In this document: positions 35,945-48,699 of the stretch, piece by piece
How the letters are laid out: every line of letters begins with the position of its first letter
Numbering within the stretch: position 1 is the first letter of the stretch
The notes under the pieces: generated by a model
The model's database searches: none
The model's input: the letters and a program-made list of their open reading frames with translations, nothing else
Told to the model about the DNA's origin: nothing
Assembly (NCBI GenBank): GCA_010909165.1
Contig: MU008174.1
Span: 496,001-560,000, forward strand
Reading direction: 5' to 3'
DNA from: Anthoceros angustus
Taxonomy: Eukaryota > Plantae > Anthocerotophyta
DNA length: 64,000 nt
Made by a program: the position numbers and the translations under genes

Positions 35945-38013
35945 GGCAGCCAGCACACAAGAATTCACTTCATTCCCTTTTCCACAAATCCTGCGGCCCC
36001 GAGACCTGCCTTTGTTTCCTCCCCAGCTCCCGGGAAGATCGCCCCAGCCTCCACACACGCGTCGCCTGCACTACTAACCCAACTATACACCAGCCAGGCT
36101 CCGATCACCCAACCAGGCTCCGCTACGATGTCTCTGGAAAATCCCAAGTCTGTGCGGCGGGCCCTCACTCCATCCTCGTCCCAAGATCTACCTCCAATCC
36201 CAGAGCCCACAATGTGCCCTACCTAGCGCCCCCCGAGCCCTGGACTGCGCACATTCACAGCACCCCGCCGACATTTGCCTCAGCTTCTAGTCCAGAAATG
36301 CGGCACAGAATCCCAGGCAGCAAGCATCCATCCAGCAAGCAGGCAGTCGAAGCGCACACGAAATTGCGAGCGGAATGCAGCAACACTCAATGCAATACAA
36401 TGCCATACAATGCGACACTTGGCCGAGACAGGAACTGAATTGCCTCATCTCCCATCCCGATCACACAAGTCCGGAAGTGGGGAAAGCAGCAGGCAAGGCA
36501 GGGATCCCGTACAGGCAGCTGTGCTTGACCTGCGAGCCCTCGCCGATTGCAGGTTGATTCCAGCCACAGCCGGCCTGCACGTTCTGCCGTCCCCCCGATC
36601 CGTCAGGCGCGCAGGCAGGGAGACGGAGATGCAGCTGCTCGGGGGGGCCAGAGGCCAGAAGCAGCGTCCTGGCTCCGGGCCATATACACAAGCTGCCTGT
36701 GCGTGCGCTCGCCGGCTCTCATGAGCTCGCCTCTCTCTCGCTCTAGCTTTCCGTGGACGTGGTGGTCATCTCCGCAATCTAGGAGTGCTCCGATGCGATG
36801 CGATGCGGATGTGACGATGCTCTCTGCTGCTGCGGCGCCTGGCTCTGAAGGGGGCCGGGCAGGAGGACATCAATCTGTGACTCTCCCTCCTCTCAAGCCT
36901 TCTCCTGCGCCTGCTGCTCACGTCGCAGCGATGGCAGGCTGCCCGGGCCCTGCGAGCAAGAACAGGCACAACGTGCTGGCATCACTGCCGGCGGGTGTTC
37001 GCACTGTGCTTCCATCCAGGCCTATTCGCTCGCCAGTTGCACCGTAATGCGCGGGAACGAGCGAAACAGGCCTCCCAGATCACACACAACTATCGCACAC
37101 CACACCGCATTGGGCCATGGTGGGTCATGCCCTCTGCCCACTCACCGGCCACGGTGAGACTGTGGCAGTAGAAAGAGAGCAGCGCCCAGACAAGTCAGCT
37201 GACACTCCTGCCGCCAGAGCCATCCATAATGTGGCGGAGGCGTGCTTGTCTGAACTGGGAGAAGCCCTAAATTAGGGGCCTTGCTTACGCCAAAACGGGG
37301 GGCTTCGCTATGCCAGATTGGAGCCGTTAAGCTTAGCATAACACAGGTAACGTTCCATCTTGAGTTAGACGTCGGGAAAGGAAAGCAAGAAGCCGTGTGC
37401 ACGGTGTTAGGTCCTGAAACAGTCTATTATGCGAAGGGAAGTAAGACAGCGGGAGCGACATGGGATAAATAGCCAAGTCATTCCAGCGCGACTGGGAGCG
37501 GGTCAGAGTACTGGTCGTCTGGAAACTGGCCACCAACAGCTCTCACAATCTTGCCCATGTTCCATGGCACGGAGTACAGTGCACAGACGTGTGACAGCGT
37601 TCCGGTACAGTGCAAGGTGGGGCCGATGCTGCTGGCCCATCTTCACGGTTTCACCTTCCTCTAGGCGAGCTTCACCACCGGCATTCACTCTGCTTCATCT
37701 TCTGCATTCACTCTGCGAAAGAAGGCGAGAGCTGTGTGGGATTGAATAAGAGCTGAACACAGGTGAAACCGGCCCGACGTGTACGAAGAAAGCCGGACAT
37801 GTGCCTACCTGAGATCCCTCCTGTTGTGCTCATCACCTGCAGCTTACAGTTACCAGAACCTATGTACGAACTGGGATTGCAGGGTGAGGGAGAGGGAAGT
37901 CTAACCGACCTGATGATGGAACATTGATGGCATATGTACACAGGCATCATCATACATACATGGAAGGGAAGTAGAACTACACAGGTCTGCAGCTACGAGA
38001 GAAGGAGTCTGGG

Positions 38014-39060
38014 TCACTGGTGCTTCTCATCCCAGGTGATGGTCGAACTTGTGAGGTAGTCGTAGGACTCGTGGTATGCGAAGCCGGGTTCCTGGTAGCC
38101 TCCGAAAACCCTACCCTGCAGTTCGTGAAAGAGGTTGAGGTTGTCCACGAGCTTGTGGAAAACGTTGCAGCCACCACACTGCAAAACGGCAGGCAAGTGA
38201 GCGTGATGAGTCAGCAGCAGAGATGAAGGAAGAGGACAATTGGATTGACTTGAATTGGGTGGTTCATGAAGAAGAGAGTATGTAGTCTGGACCTGGACGA
38301 AAACGGTGCCGTCGGTGTAGGCATGAGGATTGATGGCACGAGTAGTTCGGTGGCCACAGACGTTACATGTGAAGGCAACCCGCATCCGCCGGCGAGGAGA
38401 TCTGGTCAGCGAAGGCCACTGGTTGTCTTCAACATCGTCCCCCTTCGAGTGAGCACTGTCAGGAACAGCTGGGCCTTCCAAACCAGATCCTGTTGTCCAC
38501 CCCTTGCCTGCAGCTGCGTGCAGAACCAATCCCATTGCTGCATCCTACATGTCCAGAACCACCCACGCAGGCAACCCAGAGTTAGTACATTCGATGAGGC
38601 AGGCAGAAATTGCAGACGGGAAGACAGGGTCCACACCTCACCTTAGACAAGGTCTCAAACCTCTGGGGTGCAGCTAACGAGAGGATCAAACCCTCCACGG
38701 GTTCTGCCGCCGAGGAAGAATCAGGGCCCTCATCCTCATTGTCATTGTCATTGTCTGCAAGCAGCTCACGTTTCTCAGACGGAATCCCGAGCCTCTACGG
38801 GAGGCAACGCAACGACAGTGACTGAACATACCAGGCACACCAAAGCCCTCTACAGCCATGTTCATGGCAGATGTTCCAACCCCGTTCTCCCACTCTTGCT
38901 GCAGTAACGGGCTGATAGCCTCATGGCTTTTGATGGGGGAACCGCTGTTCCAACCCCTGTACATGGCACAGACTGCTGTGCCGGGACTTGAATGTGACCG
39001 ACACGCCGCAGTGGACATGGAGAAGGGTTGAGCAATTGCCCTACTTTGCAACAAGGCCAT
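38014..39060 (-). CDS. zf-DNL/Zim17-type Hsp70 escort protein, probably plastid-targeted (HEP2-like)
   Basis: GWTTGSGLEGP...KSPRRRMRVAFTCNVCG-like block read here as TRSPRRRMRVAFTCNVCGHRTTRAINPHAYTDGTVFVQ / CGGCNVFHKLVDNLNLFHE, with GT-AG introns and a Ser/Ala-rich N-terminus. One unresolved frame change near 38790-38890. Confidence 0.9.
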
Positions 39061-39709
39061 TCCTGCAAGCTGCGAGCACCAAACAGATGAAACTTAGAAT
39101 AAATTACCACACCAAGAGCAGCACAACCTACACAAACCCTGTCACTCGGATCCCCCCATTTCCCCGTTCTCCTCACACCTCTTCGCAGCTCCCGTCTCGG
39201 ATTGTCCACCACAAACAGCTACATTGCAGCTAATCGTCACCGATTCCAAACAGCACACCAACTTGTGCTCTCTTGATCCTAACCACCTCGGCTCTGAGAA
39301 CGCAATTGCAAGCAGCTCCAGGCAGAACTGAAACCCCCTTCCAGAGCTACGTTTACCTGACAGCGCTGTGGGTGAAGAAGACAATTGCTGTATCCACGAG
39401 ATGAAACCCTAGCTTCGCCGAGATGTTCAGCTTGGAGCGTGGAACTAGATTCCACAGCGGCAGCAGCTGATGCTTGGGTGAAGACCCAAACCTTGGTCTC
39501 CACGGCCAGAGTTCCTTCGTCCACAAGCAAGGGAAACCAAGATATTTTGATCCGCAGAGATACTCTGACGTATCGGTACCTCGTGGCAGGCGTTTTATGT
39601 CTTCTATTAGGGTCTTCATAAAGTTTTCCAACCACGAGAGTAGACGCCGTGGCTGGGTGCTTAAATAAATCTGTTTGCTTGTTTGCGAACAAACAAACAA
39701 TTTTATTTG

Positions 39710-39755
39710 TTACGGCCTTTGTTACGGCCCATTTTCTTACGGCCTTGTCCCAAGG
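39710..39755 (-). promoter_or_regulatory. Triple GGCCGTAA motif including a site II-like TGGGCC, upstream of the zf-DNL gene
   Basis: Plus strand TTACGGCC three times (TTACGGCCTTTGTTACGGCCCATTTTCTTACGGCC); function inferred only. Confidence 0.35.
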
Positions 39756-39793
39756 CACCAAAAATTTGAACCGTCGGATTAGTATGCAGGTAC

Positions 39794-40378
39794 TGTTAGG
39801 AAAGTTATGAGTTTAAGCAAAGCGAGAGTGTTTTGTACAACCAGAGAAGCGGCATAGGGGAGTGTGCATTCCAGGATATAGGGAGCAGTTGATAAGGAAC
39901 AAGAGGCTCTCAGTGTGGGTGCCCCTTGGCATACCGGAAATTGCATCTCGAACCTTGCGCCCCTGTGAGTATAAGGAGGGGGTTTGAAATGAATTGTATG
40001 AGAAGGAGAGACATACTGGAGCCTGGCTCCTGGCCGCTTTCTGTTTCCATGAATACTGTACACCACAGTCCTGTGTGGCTTCGTAGTTGAGTATGACTAG
40101 TCAGATGATTGAGGGGGATTCAGCATCATCTCACATTGTAGGTGATGGCCAATGACTAATGACTTCTTCTCTGCTGTGGTGTGCCACGCGAATGCCAAGA
40201 TTCTAGGTTGTTTCAACTTCTCCTGGTGGAGGCAAGAAGAGCTACTTCCTACCATCCCATGATGCTGTCATACAAAGCTCCGTTCTGCATAGGATGCGAA
40301 TCCTGCAGGGCAAGTGTGTTACATGCTCTTTTCTTCTCCCATTACTAATATCTACATCAGTGGCACCCCCGGTGGGAC
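39794..40378 (+). mobile_element. Gypsy-type LTR (TG...CA, ~566 bp) with Arg-type primer-binding site, followed by decayed gag
   Basis: TGTTAG at 39794, TATAAG near 39971, ...TACATCA at 40359, then TGGCACCCCCGGTGGGAC at 40361-40378. A gag remnant FYGAPSEDPGEHL...YFPISLQGE follows near 40825-40950 (better read at 45395-45520). The left boundary is inferred. Confidence 0.55.
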
Positions 40379-40999
40379 TAACGTTACGTGTATAGGCTTG
40401 ATACTCTGACACCCTTGCTTCCTTCTGGTTGCAGATGCTCTTTCTTCTATCTCCCTAGTATCTGGTCAGTCACGAGTCCGACAATTCTCACAAAAAACTG
40501 ATATGTGAATGTCATGTGGAAGCTTAGGAAACACCCACAGCTTACCCAAAATATTCACAGGAAGCTAAACTGCAGTAAGAAGGTAAAGCGTCAATATATA
40601 TATCGCTATGATGGAAAGCCTCACAGCCCTTTCGGGATTCGAAATGCTCCCATGGCTCTCACGCGGTTCTTCTTGTCAGGTCCCACCTTTTGAATCGTGA
40701 AATCCTCGGTGCTCCTCATTTCTAATCGATAATGTCTAGGTAGGACGAAGAAGAGGCAGATGGCCTTCTCCTAACTCGATTCTTCAAGGCTGGTACATAT
40801 GGGGATCATCCTATTCTCCCCCAATTTTATGGAGCTCTCCTTGAGGAGGATCCCGTGAGCATCTCATGTCTTTGCTTCAAAGTGCTGAAAAATAGGATGT
40901 TAGGCCGAAAAGAAACTTGAAGTTCCCTATTTCCTTGCAAGGTGAAGTAAGGAGAGAGTCTTGTCGGCTTTGCATATTCCATTTTGGGGTTTTTGTGCT

Positions 41000-42487
41000 A
41001 GCCTCTTGCACGCACCTTGGCTTGATTTTGACCAGTCCAAGTAGAATGGTGGTTTCAATTCACACTAGCTCCCTACAACTCATGCAGCAACATAGTGTGT
41101 GTTGATGTGTAATGTATGTGCTCATATGTGTGAGCAGGGATGACGATGAAGATGTTTGTATCCACGGAGCTTGAGAGGAGTATGAGAGAATACATGTTCT
41201 TTAATTAGTATGATCCTTGGGGTCTCCCTAAAGATACTTCAACTCTTTGCCGCCATTGCAATGCTATTTCATGCTTCCTGAATGAGATGTTGGGGTCCAC
41301 CTTCCATAGCCAATCTTGTTCCGAACACTTCATGTGCTAAAGCATCGATAACCTTGAGTCGATCCGTTGGTGTATCCTTGAATATTGATGCGTGCGGTTA
41401 CCTTCTCCACCATGCCATTGGCTAACTTCATTTGCTATTGTGTATCGTGTTATACCATGTGGCTTCGGTCCTTAGCCACATCTCTCATGTAGGCAGTGAG
41501 GATCCTCCATCCACTAAGAAAGTGACTCGCTTGCCTCCCAACAATCTCTCAACTGATCGATGCTTGAGGTGTTCATAACACTCGGGCCTTTCTTACTCAT
41601 TGCTGTCTAGTCTGTTCTCTACTCCTTTATTCTTCTCTTTCTTGCTGTCATGACATTCTGGATGTGATGTACTATCCAATCTTTCCAGTGAGTTGAAAGT
41701 AACTTGTTCTCCTGCAAGGCCAATGGTGCTCTTCCTTGCTCCACCACCGCGAATAAGGCTCCATATGGAATGTCACGGATATGTGATCGGGGCAGCATAA
41801 CGCAAGCATAGGCCTTTCATCAAGAATTCCTTTTCTCTTTTGTCTCTTTGTTTGAATTCAATCGGCTTGACTCTTCTTTGTTGGCGTTGGCTAACGTGGC
41901 TCGTCTGAGCTCGACCTTGGCTTCCATGTGTGCTGGCCATTGTACTTTGCTTGGTAAGGTCTGTACCCTCCTTGCACCGGATTGGCTGCCATTGCGGCTG
42001 GAGCTTACGTTTTCACGCTAAATTTTCTACATCCATGGCAGCCTGCATGGCCTCTTCAATTGTTGAGCAACGTTGTTGTTTAATTCGCAACTTATGCTCT
42101 GGCTTCACAGCATCTAGCTAGCTTGGTTTCTTGCTCCAAGTCAGGCAACTTGAACATGGTTTTCTTGAAACTCAAGCGAAATTCCTTCAAGGAGCCTGTA
42201 AGCTTGAGGGCGTACCATGCTGACCAGCAACGTTCTTTGTGGTCCTTGGGCAAAAAATTTTGGAGGATTTCAGCCTTTATCACTTTCCATGAGAGGATAG
42301 GTGGCTTCTCCCTCCTTGTGTTGGCTTCTCTTCTATTCTCCCACCACGTCCTTGCCAAATGACAAGTATAATGTGACTAGATCGATTTTCTCTTTTCTCG
42401 ATCATTTCACTACTTCAAATATATGAGAAAGCTTGTGTCTCTTGCGGCTTTGTAGGACTCCTATCTTGACAACTCGATGTCTCAAAC
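41000..42487 (-). mobile_element. Ty3/Gypsy gag-protease fragment (copy 1)
   Basis: ARTWWENRREANTRREKPPILSWKVIKAEILQNFLPKD...; degraded zinc knuckle and protease; aligns with 45700-47080. Confidence 0.85.
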
Positions 42488-43513
42488 CTCTGGGGTGCAG
42501 CTAACGAGAGGATCAAACCCTCCACGGTTCTGCCGCCAATCAGGGCCCTCATCCTCATTGTCATTGTCATTGTCTGCAAGCAGCTCACGTTTCTCAGACG
42601 GAATCCCGAGCCTCTACGGGAGGCAACGCAACGACAGTGACTGAACATACCAGGCACACCAAAGCCCTCTACAGCCATGTTCATGGCAGATGTTCCAACC
42701 CCGTTCTCCCACTCTTGCTGCAGTAACGGGCTGATAGCCTCATGGCTTTTGATGGGGGAACCGCTGTTCCAACCCCGTGCTACGGCACAGACTGCTGTGC
42801 CGGGACTTGAATGTGACCGACACGCCGCAGTGGACATGGAGAAGGGTTGAGCAATTGCCCTACTTTGCAACAAGGCCATTCCTGCAAGCTGCGAGCACCA
42901 AACAGATGAAACTTAGAATAAATTACCACCAAGAGCAGCACAACCTACACAAACCCTGTCACTCGGATCCCCATTTCCCCGTTCTCCTCACACCTCTTCG
43001 CAGCTCCGTCTCGGATTGTCCACCACAAACAGCTACATTGCAGCTAATCGTCACCGATTCCAAACAGCACACCAACTTGTGCTCTCTTGATCCTAACCAC
43101 CTCGGCTCTGAGAACGCAATTGCAAGCAGCTCAGGCAGAACTGAAACCCCTTCCAGAGCTACGTTTACCTGACAGCGCTGTGGGTGAAGAAGACAATTGC
43201 TGTATCCACGAGATGAAACCCTAGCTTCGCCGAGATGTTCAGCTTGGAGCGTGGAACTAGATTCCACAGCGGCAGCAGCTGATGCTTGGTGAAGACCCAA
43301 ACCTTGGTCTCCACGGCCAGAGTTCCTTCGTCCACAAGCAAGAACCAAGATATTTTGATCCGCAGAGATACTCTGACGTATCGGTACCTCGTGGCAGGCG
43401 TTTTTATGCTCTATTAGGGTCTTCATAAAGTTTTCCAACCACGAGAGTAGACGCCGTGGCTGGGTGCTTAAATAAATCTGTTTGCTTGTTTGCGAACAAA
43501 CAAACAATTTTAT
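42479..43513 (-). repeat. Duplicate of the zf-DNL 5' coding part and upstream region (38652-39706)
   Basis: Near-identical sequence; junction microhomologies GTCTCAAAC and CAATTTTAT. Confidence 0.93.
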
Positions 43514-45700
43514 GGAGCTCCTTCAGAGGATCCTGGTGAGCATCTCATGCTGTTCAAACGAGTGCTGAAAAATAGGATGTTAGGCACTGAAAAGAAACTT
43601 GTGAAGTACTTCCCTATTTCCTTGCAAGGTGAAGTAAGGAGAGGAAGTCTTTGTCTGGCTTTGCATATTCCATTTTGGGGGTTTTTTGTGCTAGCCTCTT
43701 GCACGCACCTTGGCTTGATTTTGACCAGTCCAAGTAGAATGGTGGTTTCAATTCACACTAGCTCCCTACAACTCATGCAGCAACATAGTGTGTGTTGATG
43801 TGTAATGTATGCACTGTGCTCATATGTGTGAGCAGGATGACGATGAAGATGTTTGTATCCCTGGAGCTTGAGAGGAGTATGAGAGAATACATGTTCTTTA
43901 ATTAGTATGATCCTTGGGGTCTCCCTAAAGATACTTCAACTCTTTGCCCTGCCATTGCAATGCTATTTCATGCTTCCTGAATGAGATGTTGGGGTCCACC
44001 TTCCATAGCCAATCTTGTTCCGAACACTTCATGTGCTAAAGCATCGATAACCTTGAGTCGATCCGTTGGTGTATCCTTGAATATTGATGCGTGCGGTTAC
44101 CTTCTCCACCATGCCATTGGCTAACTTCATTTGCTATTGTGTATCGTGTTATACCATGTGGCTTCGGTCCTTAGCCACATCTCTCATGTAGGCAGTGAGG
44201 ATCCTCCATCCACTAAGAAAGTGACTCGTTTGCCTCCCAACAATCTCTCAACTGTCAGCGATCTGTGCTTGAGGTGTTCATAACACTCGGGCCTTTCTTA
44301 CTCATTGCTGTCTAGTCTGTTCTCTACTCCTTTATTCTTCTCTTTCTTGCTGTCATGACATTCTGGATGTGATGTACTATCCAATCTTTCCAGTGAGTTG
44401 AAAGTAACTTGTTCTCCTGCAAGGCCAATGGTGCTCTTCCTTGCTCTCAGCCACTCGCCGAATAAGGCTCCATATGGACGATTAATACGGATATGTGATC
44501 GGGGGAGACAGCAAAGCGAAGCATAGGCCTTTCATCAAGAATTCCTTTTTTTCTCTCTTTTGTCTCTTTGTTTGAATTCAATCGACTCTTCTTTGTTGGC
44601 GGCGTTGGCTAAGCGCTCGTCGCTCGACCTTGGCTTCCATGAATCACACCAGGCCTGGTGTGGCTTCGTAGTTGAGTATGACTAGTCAGGATGATTGAGG
44701 GGGATTGATCATCTCACATTGTAGGTGATGGCCAATGACTAATGACTTCTTCTGGTATTGCTGCCAGATGCCAAGATTCTAGGTTGTTTCAACTTCTCCT
44801 GGTGGAGGCAAGAAGAGCTACTTCCTACCATCCCATGATGCTGTCATACAAAGCTCCGCTCGCATAGATGCGAATCTGCGGCAAGTGTGTTACATGCTCT
44901 TTTCTTCTCCCATTACTAATATCTACATCGATTAACGTGGACTAACGTTCGTGTATAGGCTTGATACTCACACCCTTGCTGCGGTTGGATGCTCTTTTCT
45001 TCTATCTCCCTAGTATCCGTCGGGTCCAGTCCAGAACAATTCTCACAAAAAACTGATATGTGAATGTCATGTGGAAGCTTAGGAAACACCCACAGCTTAC
45101 CCAAAATATTCACAGGAAGCTAGCTGCAAGGGTAAAGAAGCGTCAACTGACCATATATATCGCTATGATGGAAGCTGCCCCAACCTCTGTACCTTTCGGG
45201 ATTCGAAATGCTCCCATGGCTCTCACGCGGTTCTTCTTGTCAGGTCCCACCTTTTTGGATACTGTAGAGAGTCCGTCAGTGTAGCTCCCTGTTCTAATCG
45301 ATAATGTCTAGGTAGGACGAAAGACGAATGGCCTTCTCCTAATCTGATTCTTCAAGGCCTGGTACATATGGGGATCATCCTATTCTCCCCCAATTTTATG
45401 GAGCTCCTTCAGAGGATCCTGGTGAGCATCTCATGCTGTTCAAACGAGTGCTGAAAAATAGGATGTTAGGCACTGAAAAGAAACTTGTGAAGTACTTCCC
45501 TATTTCCTTGCAAGGTGAAATGAGAGAAGTCTTTATCCGGCTTTGCATATTCCATTTTGGGGTTTTTGTGCTAGCCTCTTACGCACCTTGGCTTGATTTT
45601 GACCCGGTCAAGTAGAATGGTGGTTTCAATTCACACTAGCTCCTACAACTCATGCGCAACATAGTGTGTGTTGATGTGTAATGTATATGTATGTGCTCAT
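43505..45700. repeat. Rearranged duplicates of retroelement segments 40822-41928 and 40045-41150
   Basis: 43505-44641 matches 40822-41928; from 44635 the sequence matches from 40045; junction TTCCATG. Confidence 0.85.
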
Positions 45701-45779
45701 ATGTGTGAGCAGGATGACGATGAAGATGTTTGTATCCCTGGAGCTTGAGAGGAGTATGAGAGAATACATGTTCTTTAAT

Positions 45780-47175
45780 TAGTATGATCCTTGGGGTCTC
45801 CCTAAAGATACTTCAACTCTTTGCCCTGCCATTGCAATGCTATTTCATGCTTCCTGAATGAGATGTTGGGGTCCACCTTCCATAGCCAATCTTGTTCCAG
45901 CAACACTTCATGTGCTAAAGCATCGATAACCTTGAGTCTGATCTGGTTGGTGTATCCTTGAATATTGATGCCGTGCCAGGTTACCTTCTCCACCATGCCA
46001 TTGGCTAACTTCATTTGCTATTGTGTCTGCGTGTTATACCATGTGGCTTCTGGGGCGTCCTTAGCCACATCTGCTCTCATGTAGCTGTGTGAGGATCCTC
46101 CATCCACTAAGAAAGTGACTCGTTTGCCTCCCAACAATCTCTCAACTGTCAGCGATCTGTGCTTGAGGTGTTCATAACACTCGGGCCTTTCTTACTCATT
46201 CTTTGTCTAGTCATTCTCTACTCCTTTATTCTTCTCTTTCTTGTCATGACATTACGGATGTGATGTACTATCCAATCTTTCCAGTGAGTTGAAAGTAACT
46301 TGTTCTCCTGCAAGGCCAATGGTGCTCTTCCTTGCTCTCAGCCACTCGCCGAATAAGGCTCCATATGGACAGTGTCTGGATATGTGATCAGGGGCAACGC
46401 AAACGAAGCATAGGCCTTTCATCAAGAATTCCTTTTTCTCTCTTTTGTCTCTTTGTTTGAATTCAATCGGCTTCAGCATCTTCGACGCTATTAACGTGGC
46501 TCGCGGGCAGCTCGACCTTGGCTTCCATGTGTGCTGGCCATTGTACTTTGCTTGGTAAGGTCTCACCTTGCCGGATTACCGCCATTGCGCCGGAGCTTAC
46601 GTTTTCACGCTAAATTTTCTACATCCATGGCACTGCATGGCCTCTTCAATTGTTGAGCAACGTTGTTGTTTAATTCGCAACTTATGCTCGCTTCACAGCA
46701 TCTAGCTAGCTTGGTTTCTTGCTCCAAGTCAGGCAACTTGAACATGGTTTTCTTGAAACTCAAGCGAAATTCCTTCAAGGAGCCCATTTGAGGGAGGCAT
46801 ACCATCGACCAGCAACGTTCTTTGTGGTCCTTGGGCAAAAAATTTTGGAGGATTTCAGCCTTTATCACTTTCCATGAGAGGATAGGTGGCTTCTCCCTCC
46901 TTGTGTTGGCTTCTCTTCTATTCTCCCACCACGTCCTTGCCAAATGACAAGTATAATGTGCAGCTAGATCGATTTTCTCTTTCTCAGTCATTTTCACTAC
47001 TTCGAAATATACCGAGAAAGCTTGTGTCTACTCTTGCAGCTTTGTAGGACTCCTATCTTGACAACTCAGTGTCTCAAACTTGGCTCTCTTCCTCAAATCA
47101 TTGTTCTTGGTAGGCTCTAGCTCGTCGAATGATCTGCCCTCAACAGTGTCTCTCTGGATAGGGGTTATTCTCCAT
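45780..47175 (-). mobile_element. Ty3/Gypsy gag, zinc knuckle and aspartic protease (best-preserved copy)
   Basis: MENNPYPE...KMTEKEKIDLAAHYTCHLARTWWE; CFVCVAPDHISRHC (CCHC); LVDGGSSHSYM; LANGMVEKV...VLLEQDWLWKVDPNISF. Confidence 0.88.
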
Positions 47176-47834
47176 TAAAGGGGTTTGGGTCCCTAAAGAC
47201 CCAAAAATGACCCCAAAAAACGGGCCAAAATGCATCATCTTTAGCAAAACCACTCTTTAGACATAACTGAAAGACATTGACCATGTTATTTTCTCGCGAA
47301 CACTTACGCTAACAGTGGTGGTCAAGAAGGTTCATGGATTTCACCTTCACAAGGAAGGGATTTCAAGGATTTTTAACAGTGCTAGAAATCCTAAACACCT
47401 CTTCGAGGCGATAGTACTTCCTAGGTGGTGATGAGGCAAACCAAACCAAACTAGTCCAGTTAAAAATCACCGGACGTCCTACGCAACCAACATGCAAAAG
47501 TAGCAATTCGCAAGCGCGAGCAACTATCGGACGTCCGCGCAATTGTGAGAGAACATTAACCGATAGCTCGATCATGGCCATCACGAGAGGACCAAACTAC
47601 GACTCTAGAAAGCTGACGCCCCGTGCAAGTACACAACCCCGGATCTCCATTGTTAGAGTGAAAATAGAGGAAGGAATTGGAGCAATGCACGATATTAGGC
47701 ACATTGGCGCGAGCTCGCTACCGGACGTCCGCGCTTTTCGAGACCCCAATCTTGCGGGCGCCAGCGATGGAAATGGTGGAATGGACGCCCGCGAAATGTA
47801 TATATTATTTGTATCAACAAAAATATCATCTGTT

Positions 47835-48200
47835 TGGTAAGGGTGTAGATAGACACAATGGCATAAGAATTCCAAAGTTAAGCTTCCTTGGTTTAGATCA
47901 ATACCAGGATGGGGTGCTTGTTTTGATGCTTTGAGAACTCCAGGTTTTAGCACTCTTGGGTCGGATTAGTACTAGGGTGTAGATTAGTACTAGACACAAT
48001 GGTATAAGAACTCCAAAGTTAAGCTCCCTCGGTTCGGATCAGTACCAGGATGGGGTGCTTGTTTTTGGTGCTTTGAGAACTCCAGGGTTTAGCACTCTTG
48101 GGTCAGATTAGTACTAGGATGGTTTGCTTGTTTGCGCTTTGAAAACTTTGTAACAACTAATCCATATACCTAGAGGCGGATCAATACTGGATGGAGTGTT
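47835..48200. repeat. Short tandem repeat, unit of about 140-160 bp built from ~65-bp subrepeats, about 2.5 copies
   Basis: AGACACAATGG.ATAAGAA.TCCAAAGTTAAGCT and GAGAACTCCAGG.TTTAGCACTCTTGGGTC.GATTAGTACTAGG each recur. Confidence 0.8.
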
Positions 48201-48699
48201 GAATTTTAATGGTTTGAAAAATTTGTAAATCATCCCGGTATCTAGGCGTAAAGTCATGAATATTATTTTTGAAAATCATTTGTTGGTTGATGTTATGTTC
48301 CCACATTCGCTTTGTATATACAACATGTAAAACCTTTTCGGCCTTACTCTATGTGCCCCTACCGATGACTTGCAGCTGGATCTTTTCGATTGGTGCGCCA
48401 AATGTCCGGCTCATTCGATTTGATGCATGTATAGATGCATGGGCCTTGGTTTCTATATAAGCTACATTTTCCAAAATTCGGCATGCATGATGGTGGTCTC
48501 TAATGGCCAACCTTTTGAAGACAAAAATGTTTCACAATGTTTTGATGAGAAGCAAGAAAATAAATAGAATAGCTGATTTGTCCTTGAGTAATGAAAGCAT
48601 CGGATGATCGAACACAAGTAAGAGAGAGCATCCGTCTAGCCACCGCGAGCCCTAGTGAGAGCCGAGTATCAAGAAAGAGGGTCGCCTAGCCGGGTTTTG

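Noticed and set aside
36200-37950. Short GC-rich ORFs between NEK and zf-DNL
   Set aside because: No recognisable domain; probably NEK 5' UTR exons/introns and promoter (a strong minus-strand donor GTGAGT lies near 37146). Cannot be supported as genes.
40620-40670. PFGIRNAP resembling the RT motif MPFGL.NAP
   Set aside because: No other RT motifs (e.g. YxDD) nearby, and it lies between PBS and gag, the wrong position.
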